From Antedon mediterranea (lineage: Eukaryota > Animalia > Echinodermata): a stretch of DNA of 64,000 bases. The notes beneath the pieces were generated by a model. That model saw only the letters and a list, made by a program, of their open reading frames with translations, was not told the origin of the DNA and did not search any database. How positions within the stretch are numbered: the stretch's first letter is position 1; every line of letters starts with the position of its first letter. The stretch is from positions 16,402,912 to 16,466,911 of the forward strand of contig NC_092675.1 of NCBI RefSeq assembly GCF_964355755.1. Reading direction: 5' to 3'. Shown here piece by piece: positions 13,801 through 27,154 of the stretch. A program made the position numbers and the translations under genes.

Positions 13801-16800
13801 TCGGGTTCTAATCTTGATTTATTTAATCCAGTTCTCACTTGTAAACAAAATTACTCTAATACTAGCCTGAATTGCCTCAGGCCTGCCTTTGCCAGTGAAC
13901 ACACTCACTCTGATCCTAGCCTGAATTCTGTCAAGCCTGCCTTTGCCAGCAAACGCACTCACTCAGGGTCTAGCCTGAATTCTTTCAAGGGTTTAAAATG
14001 TAACAAATCTGGCACAAGTCTGGACTCATTTCATTCTGCAAAGAGTAACTTAACACGACAGACTAGTAGTTCATCAAGCATGAAATGGAACACACCAGAA
14101 GAAGATAAACATTCATTAAGCTCAACAAGTAAGATCAGTTGCACATGCATGATGTCACCCTCCTCCATGTTTGTTGTTTGTCACTCATTCTGATGTCATC
14201 ACATTTTCTATAGTTCATTGCTTAGGTCGATTTTCACTGGTCGTAACTGTGGTGTAGTAAATAAACTATTTTAATTCATTAAAACATTCAACATTGTATT
14301 GTTTGATTTGTTTTTAATAGACTGTAGTGTAGACAGATTGCAGTAAAAATTCATGTTATACCCTTCAGCTTTTATGAAATTCTTATCCTTTAAGTGTCAG
14401 TGATATTTTGTGCTTTTGTGTGTTTTTCTGTATGAAGGGTGGAAAATTACTATTTTCAACTAGTATGGGTATGGGTTACATTTTGCACTTAAAAATCATT
14501 GGCTTCTGCACATAATGTACTCATTCAAATAAACATTCAGTTTTGGAAATAGAACGATAATTTTTCAAGTAATAATGTAACTTTAAACTTGTTATCGGTT
14601 AACTTTGTGTAGTTTGTGCTTTAGTCTCGTAAATATACAATTCTATATATGTTTAAAAGTGTGTACCAAACCAAGGCACATTTCCATCTTTAAAGGCCAA
14701 TTTACACAGACGAGCAGTAACGGTAAGTGGTAATTGTAAGCGAAAAACCGCGTGGCCTTTCCCATTTACACAGCGCGGAGTTCGCGAACGTAGTGGTGGA
14801 AAGTAGGTGCGTGTAGGCCTTGAGGCTAATGCATGTTACAGTCACTGCTGGCCTGGATGTGACTGACTGTCAGTAGGCCTAGCACACACAGACCTAAGTT
14901 TTGTAGGGAATTGTTGCCTAATAACGTACTAAAATGTATATTTTCTTTTCGCTATCCTTATACGAACATTAGTCACGTCGTAGGTGTTTGTATTTCTGAA
15001 TGAAAAGAAGTTGCAAACTAGGCTAGGCCTACTACGGCACTCGTATATATTGTCGTCTTTCACTCGACGGATGCAAAAAAAAGTTGTTGATAGATGACGT
15101 CATATCAATCATGTCGTTGGTTGGCCAGAATCCATAAATACTGCGCGGTATTTTCACAAAATTGAATCTGTTAAGATCCTGAGCGGATTTTCGCTCGTTC
15201 GCTCCGCGTTCTGTGTAAATGGTCATAAGAAATAACATAGATTCTATTTTTGCGTTTTCCGCTCAACTTTACCGCTTACCGTTACCGCTGGTCTGTGTAA
15301 ATTGGCCTTTATGCATGCACGATTGTTATTTTTGATATTTTGTACTAATGTGGTGTTTATCAATTTAATGTTAACTAATTGTCCTTTGTATTCTATTTTT
15401 TCATACAATTGTATGGCATGATTTTCTTTTAATTGTAATTTATACCTTTGTTATCTATTTAAACCTAAAATTGCATTTATTTGTTTGTTTTTTTTTAACT
15501 TACTTACTTCTATAGTACAGCATATAGGGTTGACTTATACATTAATGCCTATTTATACTAGGAAGATAATGATCAATGATGAATAGACAAATATCCATTT
15601 TTCATACATAAAACAAAAGAAATCTAAAAAGTTTCATTCTAGAACTATATGAACCATCTATTCTTCCTTTGATGAAAATGATATTTTCACACGCCCAATC
15701 AAATGATGCCATGATTAGTAAGAGCAATAATATTGTGACAATGATGATTTTATTGTTTTTATTGATCATGACGTCATTTGGTTAGATTTTTAACAATATT
15801 TTTATCAAAGACAGCATAAATGATTATTCTATAGTTCTAGAACGAAAACCTTTCTTTCTTTCTATTTATCGTCGATCGTTATCATCATAGTATAAATGGG
15901 CCTTTAAGATACTAAATAAAACCCAGTACAAACAAAATAGTTTTAATTCTTCATTTCTGTACTAATATTTGATTGTTTTGGTGCTAGGTTTATGTTTGAC
16001 TGATGACCAATCGTACACTATTGAAGGTCTCAAGATGTGCTGCCTCCTACTGCCATCCCCTAAAAGGAAAAAACTACATTTACTTCTCAAACTGATGGCT
16101 AAAATGGTTAACAACAAACAGCTTAATTTGAGCAAACAAATGTCTACAAAATCATTGGTAAGTTAAACAATAGAACCTCTATTTAGGGGACACCTTTGGA
16201 CCAAACAAAGTACAGGTTGGCTGTATTGTTAATTTCACAGAAGGTGTACCTTTAATAAGGATGGCCCAACGCAGATGGGTATCATATCGGTTTCTCTTAT
16301 AATGACTTTAAGGTTTTTTTAATCATATTTATTAGTCTTCTATATGACTGTCTTAATAATGTCACAACCAGGATTGAAGTATTTTGATCATATTACAGTA
16401 GCATTTATTTCACAAAAGGTGTACTCCTTAATCGGAATGTCCCAACGTAGAAGGCTATCATTTTCTCTTATAATGACATTGAAGCCACCAGTAAAAAATA
16501 CCATTACTTTGTTCAAATGCTAATGGTAACTGAAAATATTTATTTTCATTAGGTGTTGCAGACCTTTTGGCGATGTATTTTGAGCTGTGAAGTAGAAGTT
16601 GGATTGGATGAGATCCTAGCTATTAAGGTAGTCACCTATATGATGGAACACTATGATCAAATCATGGCCGTGTCCGAAGAATTAAAATCGGATGTCCAAG
16701 AAAGAATGTTGTATTTACGTAGAAGTCAGGTAATTTATAGTTAAATTATTATTATATCCTCTTCGATAGAGTTTTTAAATAATTTATTACTAAAGTACAG

Positions 16801-19800
16801 TCGAAGCCAAGTTAAACCTTCAGGACACAAGTTTCCTTTTAATAGGTTCATTCATTCATAATGGTATATTTATTAAAATCATCTTCACAGAAAAACTGAA
16901 TTGTTACAATTTTTTACATTATTAATTTAAGGTGCTTAAAATATTTTAAATGTTTTAAAAAGATAGCATAAAATAACATCAAAAATTGAGAACCACACAA
17001 TACATCATATAAAAACATTAAAATAAACGAGCACAACATCAAAATGAGAACAAATCTAAATGACTGGCCAAGTGAATTGAAAAAATTACCTAAAATATTA
17101 TATTTTGTTCTTATTACTTCAAACATATATTATAAAAGGAATAAAGTTATTTTCAATACAGAAGTAAAATGAGTTGCGGTGTTGGACCAGAAGTGTTAAA
17201 GCATTGCATCTTGTTTAATTTACCTCCATCAAGGAGGTATATGTAGTCGATAGCGTGTGTCTGTTTGTTTGCTAGCAGGATTACTTAAAAAGTTATTGCA
17301 AGATCTTTGCCAAAATAAAAAAACAGTTAGATATGTGGTCAAGGACTACTCCATTAAATTTAAAGTAACAAGTAACCTGAAATTGCATTTTCTTGAGAAC
17401 TACTTATCCACAAAACTTTATCTTTATGATTTTTAATTTTAAAACATAAGTTTATTTAAAGATGTATTGTCAAAATATTCTAAATTTAAATTGGCCTATC
17501 AAAGTAATATTAAAGTTATTAACTTTAAGTCGAAAATTGGAGCCAAAAATAACAAGTTTACGTAATTAACCGGTAAATTAATTTGATTACATTTCGTCTG
17601 GAAAATCGTCGCAAACAAAAGTAAACAAAGATTGTAAACCATGATGCTAACTGGGATTGTTTACAACTCGTCACGGTTGAGAAGGTGTTCTCACACAGAT
17701 CGCGAGGAAGTTTTATGATTATGCATACAGAGTAGCCAAACAAGCGTGTTGCATTATGCTATTGTTTTGATCAAAAAATTTGACTTTGAACAAAAAAACG
17801 TCTGTATTTCAGTTAAATGATTTTTTTTCGGCAAATTTTTGGTGAAAGTTAATAACTATTATGATACTTAAAAATGACCCACTTTTTTTCGAAATCTTTT
17901 ATTTTTTATTTTGTTGGAATTAGTCAAAGGGACAATACATCTTTAATGTACCGGTTTTTTTATATGAGTAGAAAAAAAACCCATTTCTTTTCAAATTCAC
18001 GTGTTTGTTTTTGCCGTTGCTATTCTATTGTTAGTCAACTGAAACTATTGTTAGTTGAAAGGCTTGTTACATAACCTTTACACCAAACTCGCATGAACAT
18101 GCTTGTAGTGAAATTAGCCTAAATCACACACAGCATTAAGACACACACACCAATATATTTTTCTCATGAAATCTTTTGTAGGAGAACTTTACAGTATAGA
18201 CGGAGGTATGCATTCTCGGAGTGGCTTTCTAGTTATTATTATTTCATTTATATAGCGCTTTTAAAAAAAACCAATTATCAAAGCGCTTTAACATACAAAA
18301 GATGCAACAATGAGTTACTTCTAGGAAATAGATTAGTTTTAAGGGCTTTTTAAAATTTCAAAGCCGTGGTTTGTTCCCAGATCTCAGACTGAAGTTTATT
18401 CCATATCACCGGTTCACTGGTAGTATTACCAGAGGTTCTGTTTCACAGGAAAGTGTCCCCTTAATAGAGGTGCCCTTAAATAGTATTGTAAAAACATTCT
18501 GGTCCTTCATTTCATAGGAAAGTGTCCTATTTGATATGTATTTGATTATTTATAATAGGTTAAATACAATGAAACTGAAGATGTCGAGAATATTCCTGTG
18601 ACTTTCTGCCAACAGATAAGCACAGACGAATACAGGGAACAAAAGTTAAGCTATTCTGAGAATGCTATATCAATGCTGCTTGAAGACATTATCAACAGCA
18701 AGACAATGGCAGTTAAGGACAAAAGGAAGAAGTTGAAAAAGGTTTGTTATTATTTATATTAATTGTAGTTGTGTTGCTTGGTAGATTGTGGAGTGGAGTT
18801 GTGGCTTGGTGATTATGATGCTCGGCTACCAATCCAAGGCTCCTGGGTTCGAGTCCTGTCGTGTCAGGATTTGTTCTAATGACGATTGACAACTCCACTC
18901 CCAAAGACTGTTTATGTTGAGTATCTTGTGTATATGTTTGTCATGTGAACAGAATTACCATCTATAAGAAGGATAGTGAATGAATTCGCTTATGGTTATC
19001 TTGGGCAAATTGACTAAATAAATAAAAAAAAACAAAAAATAAGAATGTGGTAATAATGTTAATAAATTAAGGTTTGAGGAACATCAAAAGGAAATAAAGT
19101 AATATATAGAATGTTGGATGACGTTTTGGTCCTCGTTACTCCAGATGACGGAGCATGACATTCTCTGGATGACGTTTTGGTCCTCGTTACTCCAGATGAC
19201 GGAGCATGACATTCTCTGGATGACGTTTTGGTCCTCGTTACTCCAGATGACGGAGCATGACATTCTCTGGATGACGTTTTGGTCCTCGTTACTCCAGATG
19301 ACGGAGCATGACATTCTCTGGATGACGTTTTGGTCCTCGTTACTCCAGATGACGGAGCATGACATTCTCTGGATGACGTTTTGGTCCTCGTTACTCCAGA
19401 TGACGGAGCATGACATTCTCTGGATGACGTTTTGGTCCTCGTTACTCCAGATGACGGAGCATGACATTCTCTGGATGACGTTTTGGTCCTCGTTACTCCA
19501 GATGACGGAGCATGACATTCTCTGGATGACGTTTTGGTCCTCGTTACTCCAGATGACGGAGCATGACATTCTCTGGATGACGTTTTGGTCCTCGTTACTC
19601 CAGATGACGGAGCATGACATTCTCTGGATGACGTTTTGGTCCTCGTTACTCCAGATGACGGAGCATGACATTCTCTGGATGACGTTTTGGTCCTCGTTAC
19701 TCCAGATGACGGAGCATGACATTCTCTGGATGACGTTTTGGTCCTCGTTACTCCAGATGACGGAGCATGACATTCTCTGGATGACGTTTTGGTCCTCGTT

Positions 19801-20354
19801 ACTCCAGATGACGGAGCATGACATTCTCCTTTTCACTTTATATGCCAGGCAAACTTTTCCAACGGCTTAGATAGACTATCAGAAATTCTTAAACTAGCTA
19901 AGATGTGATTTTATACCAGGATATTTTATTTAGGACAACTGTGGTCATATATATTCAAACTTAGGCTAAGGGAAACACTTACCCTTAACATTAAAAAAAT
20001 CTCCTACCTAAGTAAATTCAATTTAGGGGAAATACTTAATATTTAAGGGAAATATCTCACTTAAGTGTTATTGGTGATCTAGTGGTGTTGTTATGTCATA
20101 TTTGTAAGCTATTCTTAACAAATGCATGTTTGTATTATTGGTCAACAAAAGCAATATCTATATCTTTTTTTTTTCATGCATAATGAGTAAAATCTCATTT
20201 CTTTTTTCAGTTCAAACAAGAATATCCAGACATCTATGCAAAGAGGCTACCAACTACATCTCACGAAGCGGAGTTGTTTCCTCAGAAGCCAAAAATAAAA
20301 CAACCGATGCTAAACATGAAGAGATCTCTGACCAAATTGAAATCCCTCAGGTGA
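7872..20354 (+). CDS. DEPDC1: DEP domain-containing protein 1 (DEP plus split RhoGAP-like domain), 10 coding exons, about 1084 aa
   Basis: Exons 7872-7898, 10298-10563, 10877-11230, 11503-11681, 11922-12065, 12518-14128, 15988-16157, 16553-16729, 18559-18741, 20211-20354. All GT-AG and phase-consistent, total 3255 nt. Motifs PFRATRLWN, NCFTSSEA, DLPHWVLSAMRCLAHWP, YPGFERDVFKTV, CCLLLPSPKRKKLHLL and FKQEYPDIYAKR...IKQPML...SLR match the DEPDC1A/1B family. Confidence 0.95.
8104..9295. mobile_element. Degenerate TIR element containing an AT-rich minisatellite
   Basis: GGAGTATGGTCGAAG..GGCCGCCAGTTTAATA..CTTTGATTGTCGTTG at 8104-8198 is the imperfect inverse of 9240-9295. Confidence 0.45.
8245..8626. 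repeat. Degenerate minisatellite, about 73-bp unit, about 5 copies
   Basis: Recurring TAATAATTTACGTACGGTATTGCCGAATCTTTATATCTCATTTACATACTATCGAATCTTTATACAGTATTGCAT. Confidence 0.85.
9896..10108. repeat. Short element bounded by palindromic direct repeats, enclosing a minus-strand tRNA-like segment
   Basis: GGATACGGTACCGTATCTTTAG occurs near 9896 and 10084; the minus strand between them has TGGCTTAGTGG (A-box-like) and GGTTTGATTCT (B-box-like). Confidence 0.5.
14694..15308. mobile_element. PIF/Harbinger-like MITE
   Basis: TIRs AGGCCAATTTACACAGAC and GTCTGTGTAAATTGGCCT, extending imperfectly to about 40 bp; TAA/TTA flanks. Confidence 0.85.
15546..15904. mobile_element. Two nested MITEs
   Basis: Outer ends GCCTATTTATACTA and TAGTATAAATGGGC; inner TIRs GTTTCATTCTAGAACTATA (15631) and TATAGTTCTAGAACGAAAAC (about 15830-15849). 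Confidence 0.6.
17219..18233 (+). mobile_element. HINE/DINE-1-like (Helentron-associated) element, family C, with nested insertions
   Basis: 5' TTACCTCC-atcaa-GGAGGT hairpin followed by a TGTC/TTTG tract; 3' GGAGGT subterminal repeat, small hairpin and CTAGT. A minus-strand fragment of the same family lies at about 46060-46225. Confidence 0.7.
17460..17942. mobile_element. TTAA-TSD MITE (Kolobok-like)
   Basis: TIRs AGATGTATTGTC and GACAATACATCT with TTAA on both sides; related copy at 62691-63211. Confidence 0.85.
18795..19030 (+). mobile_element. tRNA-derived SINE
   Basis: A-box TGGCTTGGTG, B-box GGTTCGAGTCC and an A-rich tail; related copy at 28603-28805. Confidence 0.8.
19115..19828. repeat. 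Perfect 51-bp tandem minisatellite, 14 copies, in DEPDC1 intron 9
   Basis: Unit TGGATGACGTTTTGGTCCTCGTTACTCCAGATGACGGAGCATGACATTCTC x14 = 714 bp, with no mismatches seen. Confidence 0.98.
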
Positions 20355-21761
20355 TCAGGTGTGGATTGATAAGCTATATATTATTTGTCCACTTTATTAG
20401 CCAGTATTTCAATGTCATCTAGCCAGTAGGGTAAAACTGTGCATGCCAACAACTCATAGACGGACGTCACACCTTCATACAATGCATACAAAATTGCACA
20501 TTATGTTCATACAGCTGTATATTTAACAGAAAAGACCTTCTATGATCCCAAACCTTTTTTTTTCATAGCTGCACAATGTTTATAATGTTTTTTATTTAAA
20601 CACCCAAAATGTGTTTTATTTCCTCAATATCAGCATTTTCTTAATATTGTAATTATGAAAGAAAGAATACTGAGCTATTGTACTTTTTAGCAAATTTATA
20701 AATATAACACAATAGTATTATTAATTACCATTTTTAGATAAAATCAATAACCTTTTATTAATATTTAGTCTTAGTAATATTTGTTTAATGTTTTTTACAT
20801 AATAGTGTTTATGATTATGAATACAGTAATTATTGTTTAGGAGGGAAATATAGGCATTCTAGTGTATATAGCGCAAGAGACTACAAAGTAATAAAAATTA
20901 AACCTTTATATAAAGCAGCTAATATGCAATTCTTTTATAAAAGACATTGTCAATAATTAAAATAGTGATACACTGCAAGTTTAGTATTTAGTACAGGGTT
21001 TATGTTAAAGGTAGGTATAAATAGCTTGACATAATATTTCTATTATATTGTTTGTTATTTTAATGTTCTGAAATCATTATTGTAGTATTGTACATTTTGT
21101 ATATTGCTTTTATTTATGTAAATAGCCTTTACGATATTCTGTCCACTACTTTGTCACTTTTAGTTCCAGTCTGAGGTTAGCGAACTATAGACATTTCAAA
21201 GCCTCATTGTGAATTCTATACAGTATTAAACTTAACAATAATAATTGTATTGATGTGTTTCGTCATGCATAACTTCGCTGTTTTGTTTTTATTATGTTGA
21301 TTAACATTAAATATACCTAATCAAAAACTAAAGTGTTTATTAACAGGATTCTTATATATACTGTGTGGCCTAAAGCTTCGTTTACACTTTGACGCAATGA
21401 CGTAGGCACAACATTGACCAATCACAAGCGACAATTCGGGTGATCCATCGCGTTGTTATTGCAAAGTGCTTATTCGTCATTTTATATTTTTTACTGTCCA
21501 CCTGTGTGGAATAGTTTAACAAAATTTATCCATACCCGTACATGAAATTAGCTTAAGTAAATAGGTGAATCACCTTTGTATTGTAGATCAACCTGTAAAG
21601 CGCTCTGATCTTTATGACATGTCTGATTTATCATTATGATTACTGTATTATACAAAGATCAGTGGTTGAATCCATTTTTCCAATATGTATATTTCTTGTC
21701 AATCTGTGTGCAATATACGAGTTTCATTTTCAATGATTTATTCAAGGTTCACTGTTTTTCA

Positions 21762-24700
21762 TTATTTATATTTCACCGAATATGAATACCTCCATTTAAT
21801 ATGTGGTCTTTTACTCGATGCATTCGTTTGGCGTCCTGAACTCTCATCCAGCGTTCCTTTCAATCGGCAACGGCGTTGTTCATCATCTTCTGTATTTTCC
21901 GTAGCTCTGTTTGAGTCTGAAGACTTAAGCCGACCTGACAGACGGGATTCTATGGGTGGTGGAAGGTAACCAATAGCATATTTTGCCAATATCTCTGGTG
22001 GTAGTAGTGACTCTGTATATGGCGATTTCCTTCCTTGCCGTTTCCCATATTTCGATTTATTGTCTTTCCTGCAATGTAGAATTGTTCGAATTATGAAAAG
22101 GAGTACTGTAGGCCTACACAAATAATAAAACAATGTTACGTAGGACTACGATTTATAACAAAATATTATGACACTGCATATGCTAACCCTAACCAAATAT
22201 TGTTACCCCTAAGAAAAGTTTATTTGGTTTCCGTCATTTGAAGCTCAGGAGGAGGAGTCGTCTCTCATTTCAATTTTTATATATTTTTCATAAACAACAA
22301 TTTGAAACATGGATATTTTCACATTTACGAGTTCCATTTAATAACTAGCGCATTACCTGTTTTTCTTCTCACGTTCCTGCCCGTTTGATTGATTTCGTTC
22401 GTTTTCTTTTCGACGTGCTAGTCGTACACTTTGTGGCGGAGGATTGGTATTGGAAAGTGCTGACTTATCATCTAATAGTTCACCTTTAAGAAAATATTAG
22501 CACATTGTCGATGATAAAATAATGTAACATAATTAACTTTACAGCTTTAACTTAACTCTATATATTCTCAATAAGAAAGTTATATGGCCGTGGATTTAAG
22601 ACCTGCGCAGATTTGATTAAAGGAACAACAAATGTGAAAGAACATACTTAAACTCATAGATTTGATGTCGTCTGAACTGGATGTACTTGACGGGCTAGTG
22701 GGCGGGGCGTATCGTTCCATTGGCGTCATCATTACTTCTTTCTCGTCCTCCTTTTCTTTTTCTTTGTTCTCCTGCACCTTTTCCTCCTTCCGTGTATCTT
22801 CAATTAGTTCCATGCGCACTAGGTGTGGTCGCACGTTATCTTCAATATTCACACCATTGTCTAGCAGAAGTTGACAGCAGGCTTTAAAGTTTAAAATTGC
22901 AGCCATTTGTAACGGAGAAGCACCGACTGAATCTTGGGAAGAGAGTACAGTCTTCATAATGGGCCTAAAAGACAGGGAATAACGCAATCATACATTATCA
23001 ATAAATCAACGAAGTGCCAATGTAAAATAATTTAAACAGTTATGATATTAATGCATGAAGAGTATAATCTGCAATTTTAAATAGTTTGTTGACCATACTT
23101 ACTCGGAATCGCATTTTCGTTTTAATTCGTTTATAAGTAATTCCATAATGTCATGGTGTCCTCTCTCAGCAGCGTAATGAATTGGATATCTAATCAAGAA
23201 ACCAACGAAACAGAAAAAATATTTAGTTTCAAATAATGTTAAATAACCATACATTTGTTTCTGCCATTGCGTTTAAAATCTATAGAGTATACGTTTAACT
23301 GGATAAAATTATTATAGTGTTTGTGTGGTCAATACAAGATGTTGTTGAGAGCTTACCTTCCTTTGTCGTCTGCAACAAGTGGCCAGCCGTCCATCTTTTC
23401 ACAAAGTGTTTTTACTGTTTCCATACTCTCATTTATAACAGCAACTACTAATGCCGTGTGTCCCTCATCATTCTTAACGCCACCATCCAGACCGTGTTCC
23501 AACAAAAAGTGACAGATGTTGGCATGGTTCTTCCTTGCCGCATGATGTAAAGCCGTCCAACCCTAGGAGAGAGAGAGAGACAACACGAAATTTGTATCAA
23601 ACCAGTTATGGTTTTTCAGAAAAAATTGATCCCTGTCTTACCGATTTACAGATAGGTAACTGAGTTCCGTATCAACGGAAGTCGGCCCCGTAATCGAATT
23701 CAGTTTCACAAGGGTGAAATGAATATAGCTTAAATCAATGATTGAGTATCGACTGTCGATACCAATATCTCAATTTAATGGAGAAAATGCTCAAGATAGC
23801 CTATGTAATACTTATAATAATACTTTTTTTTACAGTCGGAAAATCATAAAACGGCTTTGACCTCTTTGATGCTAAACGTGTTGCAGAAAGCTTTTTTAAA
23901 TTACCTTACTATCTACTGAATTCTTGTTTTTAGAATTATCCAGAATTAGTCCACACATGTCAGTCCTACCATTAGATGATGCGTATGCTAGTCCAGATTG
24001 GCCCCGTACGTCCAAAGCATCCACGTCGCAACCCTAGGGCAATTCATTATAATCAATGAGTTCTGATAAGATACTAATTGATTGGTTTAGTCAATGGCTT
24101 ATTTAGTACTCTACATTATCACTATTATTATTTTTAATAATAATAATAGGCCTAACAATAATAATATCCTATCTTTTGCATTAACAATTTATTATGGGGA
24201 CCCGGACTGGCTTCCACCTTTTTAAAGCAACTTTTCCAAGGCAAAACTGTACTTAGTATTATTATATACAATTTTATTGATTCTACTAAAACGTAGCATA
24301 TTAGTATTTGAATGTTGCACGAACAGTATGTACTTGAATAATTGGTTGCTATACTATGTTGCCAATAATATTTCCAGCGTTGTCTGGATTAGATTTTACA
24401 TCGATTAGTTAACCGATTCTGTCATAAGATATTGACTATTGGAATATATTTTCCATTAAACTAACCAAGAGCCATCTAACAACAGGACACTGAACTCGCC
24501 TTGCCAAGATAGGAACTCATAATTAACAGTCATTGGATCTTATGTCTGGCTGCGACAAATACCTGTAGGCCTATGTACATTATTCTTCACGGCACGCGTG
24601 TATGTTAGGGCGTGAAACTTATCGTTTCACAGCCACAGATAAGCCCTTTGATCTCCAGACCTCAGCATCATGTGACTGTCTTGAGCTAACCAAATTAACT

Positions 24701-27154
24701 AAAATCAATGTTTATATTACCTGTTTTATTAAATTCGTTGAGATGCTATCATTGCTTTGCTGAAGAGCATAGTGTATAGGGCACATGCCCAATTTGTCTT
24801 GTCTATCGAGGGCTTCGGGTTCCCCCTGTTCCCCAATTTTCTTCGCACTTTCATCCTGACAAGAAATATTATGACAATTAAATCTAAGATAAAACCTTAT
24901 TGGTTTCTCGAAATCTTCTAGACCTATTGGGAAGACTTTGTTAGAATATTGACACCATCCCCGACATAATAAAAATGATCATCATTTTGATCATCGTTAT
25001 CATTGTCCCTGGATATGCCTATAATATATTTTTGTATGATATGAAGAACTCTGTATATAAAATACTGTGGTCTGGTGGTAAACATGTTTGGATCAAGTTC
25101 ATTTATTCTATAAGTACCATTACTTCAGGCATCAAACCATTTTCAAATGTTTTTGAAGGTGTTCTGTTGCCGAACAAATAATATAAAATATAAAGAAGTA
25201 GGCCTATACTCACCATTCCCTGAAGAATAGCCCAATGTAACGGCGCCCTCCCGAGTCGATCAACCAAACCAATTTTAGCCCCATGCCCTATTAACAGATC
25301 AATCAGTTCGTTGTTTCCCTGTAATTTATAGAATATACATTATTTACAGAATATACATTATTTACAGAATATACATTATTTATATTTAAAATATCTATAA
25401 ACATATGACGTATCTGCTCATTAAGAAGCCTCCCTGTACAAGAAAACATAGATTTTAATTGTCTGTTTGAAATTCGATACCTTAAAAGATGACTAAAAAA
25501 AAATGTAAATTGTTTATTATTATTAAGTTGTTGATGTTTGTATTTCTTGGTACTCACTTCTCCTGCAGCAAAATGAAGGGCGGTTTGGTCCATACGGTCC
25601 TCAGCGTGAACCAGTTCACTCCAATGGTCGATCAGGACACTTGCACACTTTGTCGTCTAAAGTGAAAAAGAGTTATGAGTGAGTGTGTGTCCAGGTTGTT
25701 GTCTCTGAAGAAAGAAATCGGCTGCTCCGCTGCAACAGTTCATTTATGGAAACGATGTACAATATAACCAAGGCAATCTAACGGGATGCTGAGCTTCGGA
25801 GATCAAAGGGTTTATCTGTGGCTGTGACACGATCAGTTCCACGGCCCTTAACAGACAACACGTACCGCAGAGAATGTACGTTACATCAGTACTGCTTGGT
25901 ATTTGTCGAAACCAGACATAAGATCAAAGGACTGTTACGGGTTCCTATCATTGCAAGGTGAGCTCAGTGTCCTGTTGTTAGATCGCCTTGGTATGACAGT
26001 GCCTGTGCTCACTTTGAGTGATGTAGGCCTATGGATTCGATGTCCTAAACTAAAACAATCAGTACATTACATACCTTGTTCCTAACGGTTTTATGGAGTG
26101 CTGTCTGTCCACTCTTGTCTATTGCCATCGGGTTAGCACCATTTTTAAGAAGAAATCCAAGCTAAAAACACACATTGATACATATTGTTTATTAGTCGAA
26201 ATTTGTGTTTCTGTACAAGTCTCTACGCAATTACAAGTTGTCTCCTTTATGTATTGAATGATTATGCCTGCCAGCGAACATTTTAGTCTCATATTACCTT
26301 TTCCATATTATATTCAGTGAAATAGGGCCGAATTTACAAATGTGAATGTCTAAACACTGGCTGAATTAGCGTCTTTCAAAATATTCAGTGAAATAAATTA
26401 ATATAATTTACCAATGCTAATGTTTACTAAACACTCGAGTACTGTATCCGAATTGGCGTCTTGTTTTCTGTTCGAAATTTACACCGATGAACCTTGATTA
26501 TTTAACTGATTCTTCTATATTTAAGCAAACAAAGGTAGAAGTATATGGTAGTCGATTTAAAACAACAAACCAACCTTTGAATCGAAGCCTAATTGCGCTG
26601 CTAACATCAACGGCGTCATAAGCTGGTTGTCGCTAAGTTCTACATCTGCCCCAGCATTAATCAACGCATTCATAGTGTACAGATCCCCCGAACAAACAGC
26701 AATACCAAGCGGGGTATCCCCATTTTCTTTCTTTTGATTGACGTCCACTTTGTCACTTATCATTTTCTCCAGCCTACTTAGATTCCCATCACCGCCTTTA
26801 CATGCATCGAATATCGTATCTGTCTGGAAACCAATATCACATTCAATTTCAATGTTTTAGACCTAATAATCATTTTTTAATCTATTTTTCCGATACGAAT
26901 AGCCAATCTCCATTAGGAAGTACTTCATTCTGTAAACGCGCCTATTTATCTTGCCGGGTGATACATGAATTATCACACATAGCATGTCGTTAATTTCGAA
27001 TAGTTCAGTGACCAAACTCACTACTATCGAACGATACTTTGATGGTATTGGACAAACAATTTGTTTAAATGCAAAATGTATCAGTTACCTTTTGTTGATC
27101 CTTCTCTAAACTATGCTCAAGCATCTTCTCATTTTCTTGCGTTTCTTTTGCCAT
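21762..27154 (-). CDS. Inversin-like ankyrin-repeat protein (about 11-12 ANK repeats plus a disordered tail), 12 coding exons, about 637 aa
   Basis: Exons 27154-27089, 26823-26575, 26161-26075, 25656-25558, 25318-25214, 24855-24721, 24033-23905, 23562-23357, 23189-23103, 22964-22648, 22483-22357, 22068-21762; GT-AG, phase-consistent, 1914 nt. ANK motifs GDTPLGIA, MTPLMLAA, GQTALHK, QTALHFAA, GRAPLHWA, GWTALHHAA, GRYPIHYAA. Confidence 0.9.
24468..24670 (-). mobile_element. Dispersed repeat (SINE-like), copy A of an inverted pair
   Basis: Its reverse complement aligns over about 200 bp with 25785-25992. Confidence 0.75.
25785..25992 (+). mobile_element. Dispersed repeat (SINE-like), copy B of an inverted pair
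   Basis: GATGCTGAG..GGAGATCAAAGGG..TATCTGTGGCTGTGA..CAGACATAAGATC..CAGTGTCCTGTTGTTAGAT, the inverse of 24468-24670. Confidence 0.75.

Noticed and set aside
19084-19870. 250-aa ORFs on both strands, or a CRISPR array
   Set aside because: These arise from a stop-free 51-bp (17-codon) unit; there are no unique spacers, no cas genes, and the context is a eukaryotic intron.
23642-23770. Extra ankyrin exon ending at a GTAAG donor
   Set aside because: Stops occur in the required frame; extending the upstream exon to 23905 gives a continuous ANK repeat without it.
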